From: Candidatus Nomurabacteria bacterium
Lineage (GTDB): Bacteria > Patescibacteriota > Saccharimonadia > JAGOAT01
DNA: 64,000 bases
Direction of reading: 5' to 3'
NCBI GenBank assembly: GCA_020639315.1
Contig: JACKGM010000001.1
Span: forward strand, 310,767 to 374,766
In this document: piece after piece, positions 26,903 to 34,022 of the stretch
Position numbering within the stretch: position 1 is the stretch's first letter
How the letters are laid out: every line of letters starts with the position of its first letter
Position numbers and translations under genes: made by a program
Notes under the pieces: generated by a model
What the model was told of the DNA's origin: nothing
What the model saw: only the letters and a program-made list of their open reading frames with translations
Database searches by the model: none

Positions 26903-28591
26903 ATGACAATTGATAAACTCAATCAAAATATTGCCGAAGCTTTAAATATTCCTTTAGAGGATTTGGTTTGGAAGCTAGATCAGGCTAAGTTTAAGGCTGA
27001 TTTAGTCTTGGTTTTGGCTCCCTTACTATCAAAGTATCATCTAGGGATCAAAGAGTTGCAGAATAGTCTGATCGAGGTCTTGGAAGATTATTCGGATGAT
27101 CTGAGCTATAACTTCGTAGGGGCTTATCTTAATATTCAGCTCAAATTAGAAGTTCAAATCAATCTTTTGATTGAAAAGTTGAGACAGGCAAACGGTTTGG
27201 GCTTGGAGTATGGACAAGCTCCCGCTAAAGGCCAGCTGGCGATAGTTGATTTTATTGGTCTAAATATAGCTAAGCCGTTTTCGGTAGGGCATCTTAGGCC
27301 GACGGTTCAAGGTTGGGCAATTATTCAGATCTTAAGAAATGCTGGCTATCAAGTGATTGGGGACAATCATCTGGGGGATTGGGGGACCCCCTTCGGGATG
27401 TGGGTTTATGCCTATTTGCATTGGGGGAGTAAAGAAGCGATTGAAAAGCGAGGGGTCTATGAACTTAATGACTTATATATCAAATTTCGCCAAGCACTTA
27501 AAAAGAAGCCAGAGTTAATCGAGGAAGCGAAATTAATCTTGCGTAAGCTAGAGAACGGTGATCCAAAAGTCAAAGAGCTTTATGACTGGTTTTATCAATT
27601 ATCAGTCAAGGATATGGATCAAATGCTATCTACGCTTGGGGTCAAGGCTGATCAGACGATTGGTGAGTCATTTTACCAAGATCGAGCCAATCGGATGGTC
27701 GAGGAATTGCTTCAATCGGGGGTTGCTAGGAAGGGAGACGGTGGAGCAGTCATTGTAGAGCTTGACGACCAAGGGATTGAGACACCGATCATGCTCAAGA
27801 AATCAGACGGTAGCAACTTATACAGTACTAGTGATCTGGCCACTATTGATTACCGTCTTGAGCATTGGCATCCAGATCGGATTATTTATGTAGTATCTAC
27901 AGAACAAAGCTTTCACTTTAATCAGCTATTTGCTCTAGCCAAAAAATTAGGCTTAGATCAGGCCAAACTAATCCATGCCGGATTTGGCAATATCGATGAA
28001 ATCACGGATGGTAAGCGGGCAAAGATCTCCTCTCGTAAAGGGGTGATCCTGCTCAAGGACTTGATTAGCCAAGTCTTGGAGTATACCAAGCAACAATTCT
28101 CAAATGATCAGCTCTCAGATCAGGACTATAGCAAGATTGCGATTGGGGCGATCAAGTTTGCCGATCTAGCCCAACATCGCAAGACTAGTATCCTCTATGA
28201 TTTTGATAAGATGTTTGCACTCAATGGCTATTCATCAGTATATTTACAATATACCGTAGTCAGACTGAGGTCTCTAATTAATAAAGCTGGTATAGACACA
28301 AGTATTAAAGATTTATCAAAATTGGATCAAAATGCTAAGTCAGTTGTAGTTGAGCTGTCACGCTTCGGTCAGGTACTAGAAGATAGTGCCAATGAACTAT
28401 TGCCTCATCGGGTATCAGAGTATCTCTATGGACTAGCCAAAGAAGCTAACCGACTCTATGAGCATTCTAGAGTATTATCAGAAGATAACTTAGAGCTTAA
28501 AAGAGCCAAGCTCAAACTATTCGGATTGTCAGCTCAGGTAATTACTAGGGGGCTTGAGCTTCTAGGAATCGAAGTCCCTGACAGGATGTAG
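26903..28591 (+). CDS. argS: Arginyl-tRNA synthetase
   Basis: 562 aa with the FSVGHLRP (HIGH-like) motif, GDNHLGDWG, KISSRKG (KMSKS-like) and a DALR-type C-terminus. Confidence 0.9.
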   Translation: MTIDKLNQNIAEALNIPLEDLVWKLDQAKFKADLVLVLAPLLSKYHLGIKELQNSLIEVLEDYSDDLSYNFVGAYLNIQLKLEVQINLLIEKLRQANGLGLEYGQAPAKGQLAIVDFIGLNIAKPFSVGHLRPTVQGWAIIQILRNAGYQVIGDNHLGDWGTPFGMWVYAYLHWGSKEAIEKRGVYELNDLYIKFRQALKKKPELIEEAKLILRKLENGDPKVKELYDWFYQLSVKDMDQMLSTLGVKADQTIGESFYQDRANRMVEELLQSGVARKGDGGAVIVELDDQGIETPIMLKKSDGSNLYSTSDLATIDYRLEHWHPDRIIYVVSTEQSFHFNQLFALAKKLGLDQAKLIHAGFGNIDEITDGKRAKISSRKGVILLKDLISQVLEYTKQQFSNDQLSDQDYSKIAIGAIKFADLAQHRKTSILYDFDKMFALNGYSSVYLQYTVVRLRSLINKAGIDTSIKDLSKLDQNAKSVVVELSRFGQVLEDSANELLPHRVSEYLYGLAKEANRLYEHSRVLSEDNLELKRAKLKLFGLSAQVITRGLELLGIEVPDRM

Positions 28592-28622
28592 TATTATTGG
28601 GCTTGTTCTCTAATATTTGTAT

Positions 28623-28954
28623 TATAGCAAGTTAAAAACAAAACCAGACTTTTGACCCAACTCTAGAGTCTATAACCCTGTTGCCATATAAACTTGCGAG
28701 GTCAAAGCTGATGATTTTTATTCCAGAATACCAAAACACGACAAAGCATAACAGGAGTTACGCTGCGAAGTGTTTTGCTAGTCTGGGGCAAAAATGGCAG
28801 TTTTGAAGCCGTGAGGTTATATGGCAACAGGGTTAGTTTATCAAGCTAGTTTTCTTACTCACCATATCTATGGATATGGCTCTTAAGAAGAACTACCTTT
28901 CTAGTTCTCTATAGTACAGCTCAAATTGTCTGGTTTTGGTTTGAGCTTGCTATA
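28623..28954. mobile_element. MITE-like element family 1, long copy (332 bp), carrying a nested palindromic insertion at 28674-28834
   Basis: The terminal inverted repeats are TATAGCAAGTTAAAAACAAAACCAGAC and GTCTGGTTTTGGTTTGAGCTTGCTATA. The internal element is bounded by a perfect 18-bp inverted repeat, AACCCTGTTGCCATATAA / TTATATGGCAACAGGGTT. Confidence 0.75.
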
Positions 28955-28963
28955 GATCCATGG

Positions 28964-29210
28964 TAATGCGGAGATACTGGATCCCCCGTAATCCTCTTCA
29001 TAGGATTCGGAGGATGACAATGCACCTCTCTCCTGTCATCTTCGGATTTCTCTAAAAGAGAAATACCGGAGATCCAGTATTTGAATTTGGTATTAAAGTA
29101 ATGCGGAGATACTGGTTCCCCCGTAAGTTCTCCGAACTTCGGAGGATGACAAGATAAGGGACGGGTTTCGGAGGATGACAATGCCCGGGTTGGTTCTAGG
29201 AGGATGAGAA
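28964..29210. repeat. REP/BIME-like hairpin repeat cluster C, with units in alternating orientation
   Basis: Units lie at 28974-29018 (reverse), about 29036-29080 (forward, subtype 2) and about 29109-29150 (reverse). Half units are also present. Confidence 0.8.
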
Positions 29211-29219
29211 CTTCTGGAA

Positions 29220-29663
29220 CTAGGCTGCGACGACTTTGATCTTGCGAACTTTTTCTTGAGCAACCTTTGGAATCTTGATAGTTACTACACCGTTTTCCAT
29301 TTTGGCTTCTGCCTTATCGGCAATTGCAGGGGTAGGTAAGATTACCGATCTCGAGAAAGATCCCCAGAAACACTCTTGGATATAGTAGTCTCGACCTTTG
29401 GTCTGAGAGGACTCCTCTCGACTTCCCCTGATAGTTACTACATCGTCGCTAATCGCAATGTCAAGCTTGTCTGGGCTAATCCCAGCAATCGGAGCCATAA
29501 TGACCACATGGGTCTTGGTCTGATAGACATCTACATTGAGCTGTCCTTCAACATCATCATCTCCATCAATCCAGCCATCATTGTCGGTTTCATCCATATC
29601 AAGAAATGAATCATCTACTACCAAATCATCGTCATCTTGAACTATTGTACTTTTTCTAGCCAC
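29220..29663 (-). CDS. Small heat-shock protein (Hsp20/alpha-crystallin family) with an acidic N-terminal extension
   Basis: The alpha-crystallin core is VDVYQTKTHVVIMAPIAGISPDKLDIAISDDVVTIRG...ENGVVTIKIPK. The gene has a GTG start preceded by GGAGG. Confidence 0.85.
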   Translation of the reverse strand: MARKSTIVQDDDDLVVDDSFLDMDETDNDGWIDGDDDVEGQLNVDVYQTKTHVVIMAPIAGISPDKLDIAISDDVVTIRGSREESSQTKGRDYYIQECFWGSFSRSVILPTPAIADKAEAKMENGVVTIKIPKVAQEKVRKIKVVAA

Positions 29664-29722
29664 TCTCCTCCTTTGCGCGGTTGCTACTAGCTTAATTGTT
29701 ATAAGATTTTGTTTACAATCTG

Positions 29723-29751
29723 ATTATACTTGAGTAATTATAGATAGTAAA
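29723..29751 (-). promoter_or_regulatory. Putative hsp20 promoter TTTACT-N17-TATAAT (minus strand), back-to-back with the rpsT promoter
   Basis: Reverse complement of 29746-29751 and 29723-29728. Confidence 0.4.
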
Positions 29752-29753
29752 GC

Positions 29754-29782
29754 TTTACATTTCTTAATTTATAAGGTAATAT
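29754..29782 (+). promoter_or_regulatory. Putative rpsT promoter TTTACA-N17-TAATAT; the -10 box ends 7 nt before the ATG (leaderless geometry)
   Basis: Hexamers at 29754-29759 and 29777-29782. The ATG is at 29790 and has no SD. Confidence 0.45.
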
Positions 29783-29789
29783 AACCATT

Positions 29790-30200
29790 ATGCCAATTAT
29801 AAAGTCAGCAATCAAGCGTTCCAAGCAGGAAGTAAGAAGACGAGCCAATAATCGCCTGGTCAAATCTGAATTTCGAGGACTAACTAAGGAGTTTATGATT
29901 GAAGTGAAGGCTGGCAAATACGATCAAGAGCAATTTAAGAAGGTAATTTCTAGTTTAGATCGAGCTGTCAAGAAGGGAGTGTTACACCGTAACACAGCAG
30001 CCCGTAAGAAATCTAGCTTAGCCAAGCTAGCTAATACTGTCAAAAAGTCCAGTAATCTAGTAGACGATCAAGCTAAGGTAGTTGCCAGCAAAAAAACTGA
30101 AGCTCCAAAGAAAGCTGTCAAGAAAAGTACCAAAACTCCTACTGCTGATACTAAGAAAACTCCAGTCAAAAAGACTTCAGCCAAGAAAACAACTGCTTAG
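29790..30200 (+). CDS. rpsT: 30S ribosomal protein S20 with a Lys/Ala/Thr-rich C-terminal extension
   Basis: The N-terminus MPIIKSAIKRSKQEVRRRANNRL is typical of S20. Residues from about 88 to 136 form a basic low-complexity tail. Confidence 0.85.
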   Translation: MPIIKSAIKRSKQEVRRRANNRLVKSEFRGLTKEFMIEVKAGKYDQEQFKKVISSLDRAVKKGVLHRNTAARKKSSLAKLANTVKKSSNLVDDQAKVVASKKTEAPKKAVKKSTKTPTADTKKTPVKKTSAKKTTA

Positions 30201-30201
30201 T

Positions 30202-30310
30202 TATAGCAAGTTAAAAACAAAACCAGACTTTTGACCCAACTCAGGAGTCTATAAAGCTAATTTTCTATAGTACAGCTCAAATTGTCCGGTTTTGTTTTGA
30301 GCTTGCTATA
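30202..30310. mobile_element. MITE-like element family 1, short copy (109 bp)
   Basis: It has the same terminal inverted repeats as 28623-28954 with most of the interior missing. It starts 1 nt after the rpsT stop codon. Confidence 0.75.
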
Positions 30311-30328
30311 CTTAGCTCTTCTTTTCCA

Positions 30329-30415
30329 AGGTGTCACCGTACAAATCAAGTGAATTATGGCATAATTCAGGTCAATAGTATCTTTTTGTGTTAAAAATAA
30401 CTGTGAGGTGTCACC
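30329..30415 (+). repeat. 87-bp element, copy B, with GGTGTCACC palindromes at 30330-30338 and 30407-30415
   Basis: It has the same block lengths and the same 77-bp palindrome spacing as copy A at 337-423. Confidence 0.6.
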
Positions 30416-30445
30416 CCGATGACGACCCAGATGACGATGAAGGTC

Positions 30446-30860
30446 AAATACTGGATCCCCCGTAAACCCTTCGGGTTTCGGAGGATGACAAGACAAGAGA
30501 GAGTTTCGGAGGATGACAAGACCCTCCCCGTGTCATCTTCGGATTTCTCTAAAAGAGAAATACCGGAGATCCAGTATTTGAATTTGGTATTAAAGTAATG
30601 CGGAGATACTGGTTCCCCCGTAAGTTCTCCGAGCTTCGGAGGATGACGAGAGTTGGGTCACTAAGCCAAAATTTCGCAGGGATTTATGTGAGATCCAGTA
30701 TTTGGGTTAGGAATTAGGACAATGCAGAGATACTGGATCCCCCGTAAACCCTCTGGGTTTCGGAGGATGACAATGCACTATGCCAGATACTGTGTCACCG
30801 TAAGTTTTTTGAACTTCGGAGGATGACAAGACAGGTGGCAGGTTTCGAGGGACGACAAAA
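30446..30860. repeat. REP/BIME-like hairpin repeat cluster D, the largest cluster
   Basis: Reverse units lie at about 30448-30490, 30606-30647, 30730-30772 and 30787-30828. A forward subtype-2 unit lies at about 30533-30577. The segment 30531-30650 differs from 29034-29153 at only 2 of 120 positions. Confidence 0.8.
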
Positions 30861-30883
30861 TAGGGGTGGCACAGATTAAGGCT

Positions 30884-31237
30884 CTAACCGCCAATACTCT
30901 TTAGAACAAAGCCGATAATCGCGTAAGACAGTAGGGCAATCACTATCCCAATGATTGCATAGAGAATAGTATTTCTAGCAGATTCAAATGCCTTGGGGTC
31001 TCCTTGAGACAGTATCATCCTCAGCCCAGCAATAATAATCACTATCACTGACGCGATGCCGATGATTACTAAAAGAACTTGGGTAACCTTAGAAAAGGTT
31101 GTGTCAATACTCTTGCCTTCAAGATCAGTTCCATTAGCAGCACAGCTTGCTCCACCTGCAATACTTGAGAAATCTGTACACGCAGCGTAAACTTTCCAGC
31201 TAAATAGTCCAAGTGTGTTATATATAAAATCTATCAA
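30884..31237 (-). CDS. VirB2/TrbC-like T4SS pilin paralog 1 (no obvious signal peptide, TTG start)
   Basis: It has a Cys-X12-Cys loop followed by two TM helices, VLLVIIGIASVIVIIIAGL and ILYAIIGIVIALLSYAIIGFV, flanking QGDPKAFESARN. Confidence 0.6.
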   Translation of the reverse strand: MIDFIYNTLGLFSWKVYAACTDFSSIAGGASCAANGTDLEGKSIDTTFSKVTQVLLVIIGIASVIVIIIAGLRMILSQGDPKAFESARNTILYAIIGIVIALLSYAIIGFVLKSIGG

Positions 31238-31242
31238 AATAT

Positions 31243-31596
31243 TTACCCAATACTAGTCAAGACAAAGTTGATAATCGCGTAAGACAGTAGGGCAATCACT
31301 ATCCCAATGATTGCATAGAGAATAGTATTTCTAGCAGATTCAAATGCCTTGGGGTCTCCTTGAGAGAAGACCATTCTCAGCCCAGCAATAATAATCACTA
31401 TCACTGACGCGATGCCGATCACTACCAAAAGTACTTGGGTAACACTCGAAAATACTTCACCAATAGTCTTACTCTTATCAATGTCTTCAACATTATTTAC
31501 AGCACAGTTAACTCCACCTTGAATAGTCCCACCACAAAGATCAGCAAAACTGCCATGAAAAAGATTACTAAGCATATTGGCAATACTAGAAAACAT
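31243..31596 (-). CDS. VirB2/TrbC-like T4SS pilin paralog 2 (no obvious signal peptide)
   Basis: Its C-terminal half matches paralog 1, including an identical DNA stretch of about 95 nt. The N-terminal part has diverged and carries a Cys-X10-Cys loop. Confidence 0.6.
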   Translation of the reverse strand: MFSSIANMLSNLFHGSFADLCGGTIQGGVNCAVNNVEDIDKSKTIGEVFSSVTQVLLVVIGIASVIVIIIAGLRMVFSQGDPKAFESARNTILYAIIGIVIALLSYAIINFVLTSIG

Positions 31597-31604
31597 CTGC
31601 CCTT

Positions 31605-32003
31605 CTAGTTGCCAGTTTCAAATTGACCGACGACGAATCGAACGATTGCAAAGGCAAGTATGGCGATCACGATCCCAATAATTGCGTAGAGAATAGTATT
31701 TCTGGCAGATTCGGCAGCCTTTTGATCACCTTGACTCAGGACATAACGAAAGCCCCCAATGATCAGCATGATGACCGAGACCACCCCGATAGCATATAGT
31801 AAGAAATTGGTAATGTTTTCGATATTGACTGTTAAGTCTGATTGTTGTGAATCATCTTTGGCTTGACAGGCGCCTTGCAGAATTGGGTTACCACCGCTAC
31901 TATCACAATCAGCACCTGAGCTAGGTGCGGCGTAAGCCATATGCACAGCCAGGAAGCTGGAGGCACTAGCAAGTGAGTAGTTAATTTTATTTAATAGTGT
32001 CAT
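31605..32003 (-). CDS. VirB2/TrbC-like T4SS pilin paralog 3 (has a signal peptide and a strong SD)
   Basis: I prefer the ATG at 32003, preceded by AGGAGA, over the ORF-track start at 32078. The signal-like N-terminus is MTLLNKINYSLASASSFLAVHMAYA, followed by a Cys-X13-Cys loop and two TM helices. Confidence 0.65.
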   Translation of the reverse strand: MTLLNKINYSLASASSFLAVHMAYAAPSSGADCDSSGGNPILQGACQAKDDSQQSDLTVNIENITNFLLYAIGVVSVIMLIIGGFRYVLSQGDQKAAESARNTILYAIIGIVIAILAFAIVRFVVGQFETGN

Positions 32004-32115
32004 TTGATCTCCTATGATTATACTTTTATTGACCTTAAGCATTATTGTACCAAGTTTTATGATTTCTGCAAGGGGCAAATAATCACAAGCAAAATTTTGT
32101 GCTATGCTAGTTTTG

Positions 32116-33933
32116 ATGCAGATTAAACAATTCTTCTCCGACCATCATCGTTTGGTTTCCTTTATAGCTGGAAGCCTGATTGGAGGCTTAGTTTTTGTCA
32201 AAGTTTTTGGGCTACTGGTTCTAAACCCGACCAATGTTGGCTGGCTACTAAATGGTAATGATTTGGCGCAACATTACTTGGGCTGGGCATTTTATCAGCA
32301 GTCTCCCGTAAGCTTTCCGCTTGGGTCTATTGGTAATTTGGCCTATCCCTTACCTATGTCAATAGTATTTCTAGATTCTATTCCGTTGCTCGCTATCCCT
32401 CTAAAGCTTCTAACCTCTTGGGTCCAGACTCCTATTCAGTACTTTGGGATCTGGGGATTGGTTAGCTTTGGTTTGCAGGGTGGTATTGCAGCTTTGATAG
32501 TGTCGCGCTGGACAAAGAACCAGTTGGTTACTAGTCTAGCAGGACTAATTATCGTAATGTCACCGATTATGCTCGCTAGGATGTTTGTTCATACCGCACT
32601 AGGTGGACAGTGGATATTGCTATTGGGATTACTGGTGGCATTAGAGGCTAGACTTGATTTACGCAAAATCCCTAAGTCCTCAGGATCGCCTCCGAAGTCC
32701 GAACTACTTTTTAATGCTGTCACCGATGCATCAGCATCGCTCCCATTAGATAAAAGGACTTTCAAGTCTGCGGAAGGCAAGCCTGGAGTATCTGAGGTTT
32801 TGCGTAAGTCGAGTAGACACTGGAGGTTAACGGTTGCAGTGAGTGTCTGGACAATGGTTTTGGTTTTATCATCTATGATCCATCCATATTTTACACTGAT
32901 GATAGGGGTATTATACTTGACCTGGTTGATATTGCAGCCGATCTCATGGGTTAAGAAATTACTTAGCTTGATTATTGCAATCAGTATTGTAGCAATCAGC
33001 TTTTGGATTATCGGTGGATTTATGGTCAAGAATGTGGAGGGTACTGGACTGGGCAACTTTTCGTATACCCTAATCTCGTTTATAGATAGTGCAGGTTGGT
33101 CTAGATTTTTGCAACCAATGGGTACCAAACCTGAGGGTATGGGGTATGCTGGCTTGGGGGTAATCATGCTGACGGTTGTATCGTCTATGATTCTGGCTTT
33201 TCAATCAAAGGAGACTGCAAAACTACTAAATTGGCGCAATATCTTAGCGTCGATACCGCTGATAGGGTTGATGATTTTTGCGCTTGGGCCTGTGATTAAG
33301 ATGGGATCACAAGATTTATGGGCTTACTCAGTTCCAGGTATGGTTGAGGGTATTTGGTCGATCTTTAGAGCCACAGGGCGAATGGCATGGGTTCATTATT
33401 ATCTGGTTACTTTTAGTGCAATCTGGGTGATTTGTAGGAGACTTCGATATCCTATGGTCATCCTTGTATTATTTATAAGTGCCGGAGTGTTACAAACTAT
33501 TGATATATCTGGATCGGCTCAATGGCTCAACAAGTCCAGTCAAATCAAGGAACGTTCTATGATCAAGGATTTACCAATAGTATCAGAAGAATGGGATCAG
33601 ATATCAAAAAACAGACAACATATTATATATTTGGGTAAATTGGTTGACCCACAGTATTTTACCGAGGTTAGTAGTGTTGCCCTCAAGTATCACCTTACTT
33701 TAAACACAGGATATTTTGCCCGAACACCGAGTGACATGATTCAAACAGGAATTGATTCAGCAATAGCATCCCTAGAGGAAGGGAATGCTCAGATTGATAC
33801 CATCTACATGACCAGGGACCAAGGATTAACTGACTCATTGACCGGAGTGCGGGGGTTAAAAATTACTAAAGTCGATAGCTATTGGGTCATTACTAATATA
33901 GCTAATATAGCTCCCGAAAAACAAAATCTGTAA
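32116..33933 (+). CDS. Polytopic membrane protein (DUF6311-like, likely glycan-assembly related) carrying an in-frame palindromic-element insertion
   Basis: The protein has many TM helices. I prefer the ATG at 32116, which lies 7 nt after TGcTATGCT (32100-32108); the ORF track starts at 32104. Residues LDLRKIPKSS...EVLRKSSRH are encoded by the element at 32653-32813. Confidence 0.6.
   Translation: MQIKQFFSDHHRLVSFIAGSLIGGLVFVKVFGLLVLNPTNVGWLLNGNDLAQHYLGWAFYQQSPVSFPLGSIGNLAYPLPMSIVFLDSIPLLAIPLKLLTSWVQTPIQYFGIWGLVSFGLQGGIAALIVSRWTKNQLVTSLAGLIIVMSPIMLARMFVHTALGGQWILLLGLLVALEARLDLRKIPKSSGSPPKSELLFNAVTDASASLPLDKRTFKSAEGKPGVSEVLRKSSRHWRLTVAVSVWTMVLVLSSMIHPYFTLMIGVLYLTWLILQPISWVKKLLSLIIAISIVAISFWIIGGFMVKNVEGTGLGNFSYTLISFIDSAGWSRFLQPMGTKPEGMGYAGLGVIMLTVVSSMILAFQSKETAKLLNWRNILASIPLIGLMIFALGPVIKMGSQDLWAYSVPGMVEGIWSIFRATGRMAWVHYYLVTFSAIWVICRRLRYPMVILVLFISAGVLQTIDISGSAQWLNKSSQIKERSMIKDLPIVSEEWDQISKNRQHIIYLGKLVDPQYFTEVSSVALKYHLTLNTGYFARTPSDMIQTGIDSAIASLEEGNAQIDTIYMTRDQGLTDSLTGVRGLKITKVDSYWVITNIANIAPEKQNL
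32653..32813. mobile_element. Palindromic element family 2, copy a (about 161 bp), inside a CDS with the reading frame preserved
   Basis: Its termini are CTTGATTTACGCAAAATCC and GGTTTTGCGTAAGTCGAG. It is homologous to the intergenic copy at 63043-63204 in reverse orientation. Confidence 0.7.
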
Positions 33934-33975
33934 TTTTGACTGTACTGTATCATAATGTTAGCGAATAACTGTGAA

Positions 33976-34010
33976 AATCCTGGGGATTCAGGGATTTTGT
34001 GTAATTCGAG
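33976..34010. repeat. Partial copy (right end) of palindromic element family 2
   Basis: TTCAGGGATTTTGTGTAATTCGAG matches the right terminus seen at 37673-37696 and 63181-63204. Confidence 0.5.
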
Positions 34011-34022
34011 TATAATAACAAC

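Noticed and set aside
28674-28834. The 161-nt perfect-stem palindromic core as a housekeeping ncRNA gene (6S, SRP, RNase P or tmRNA)
   Set aside because: I could find no conserved motifs of those RNAs. Its absence from the otherwise homologous copy at 58415-58578 argues for an insertion. A short related fragment at 41771-41794 is too weak to interpret.
28921-29181. ORFs that read through the hairpin-repeat clusters (28921-29181 minus, 30257-30496 minus, 17274-17495 minus, 26511-26762 plus) and encode recurring peptides such as CHPPKFGELTGDPVSPHY
   Set aside because: The peptide similarity is just the translated DNA repeat. The ORFs lack plausible starts and SDs. They occur in both orientations, and one runs into a tRNA gene. 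They are better explained as non-coding repeats.
30446-30860. The possibility that the repeat clusters are a degenerate CRISPR array
   Set aside because: The units occur in alternating orientations and at irregular spacing. Half units are interspersed, the so-called spacers are themselves conserved linkers, and there are no cas genes in the window.
32589-33167. A 192-aa minus-strand ORF antisense to the polytopic membrane protein gene
   Set aside because: It exists because the palindromic element is stop-free on both strands. The sense-strand ORF is far longer and has coherent TM topology.
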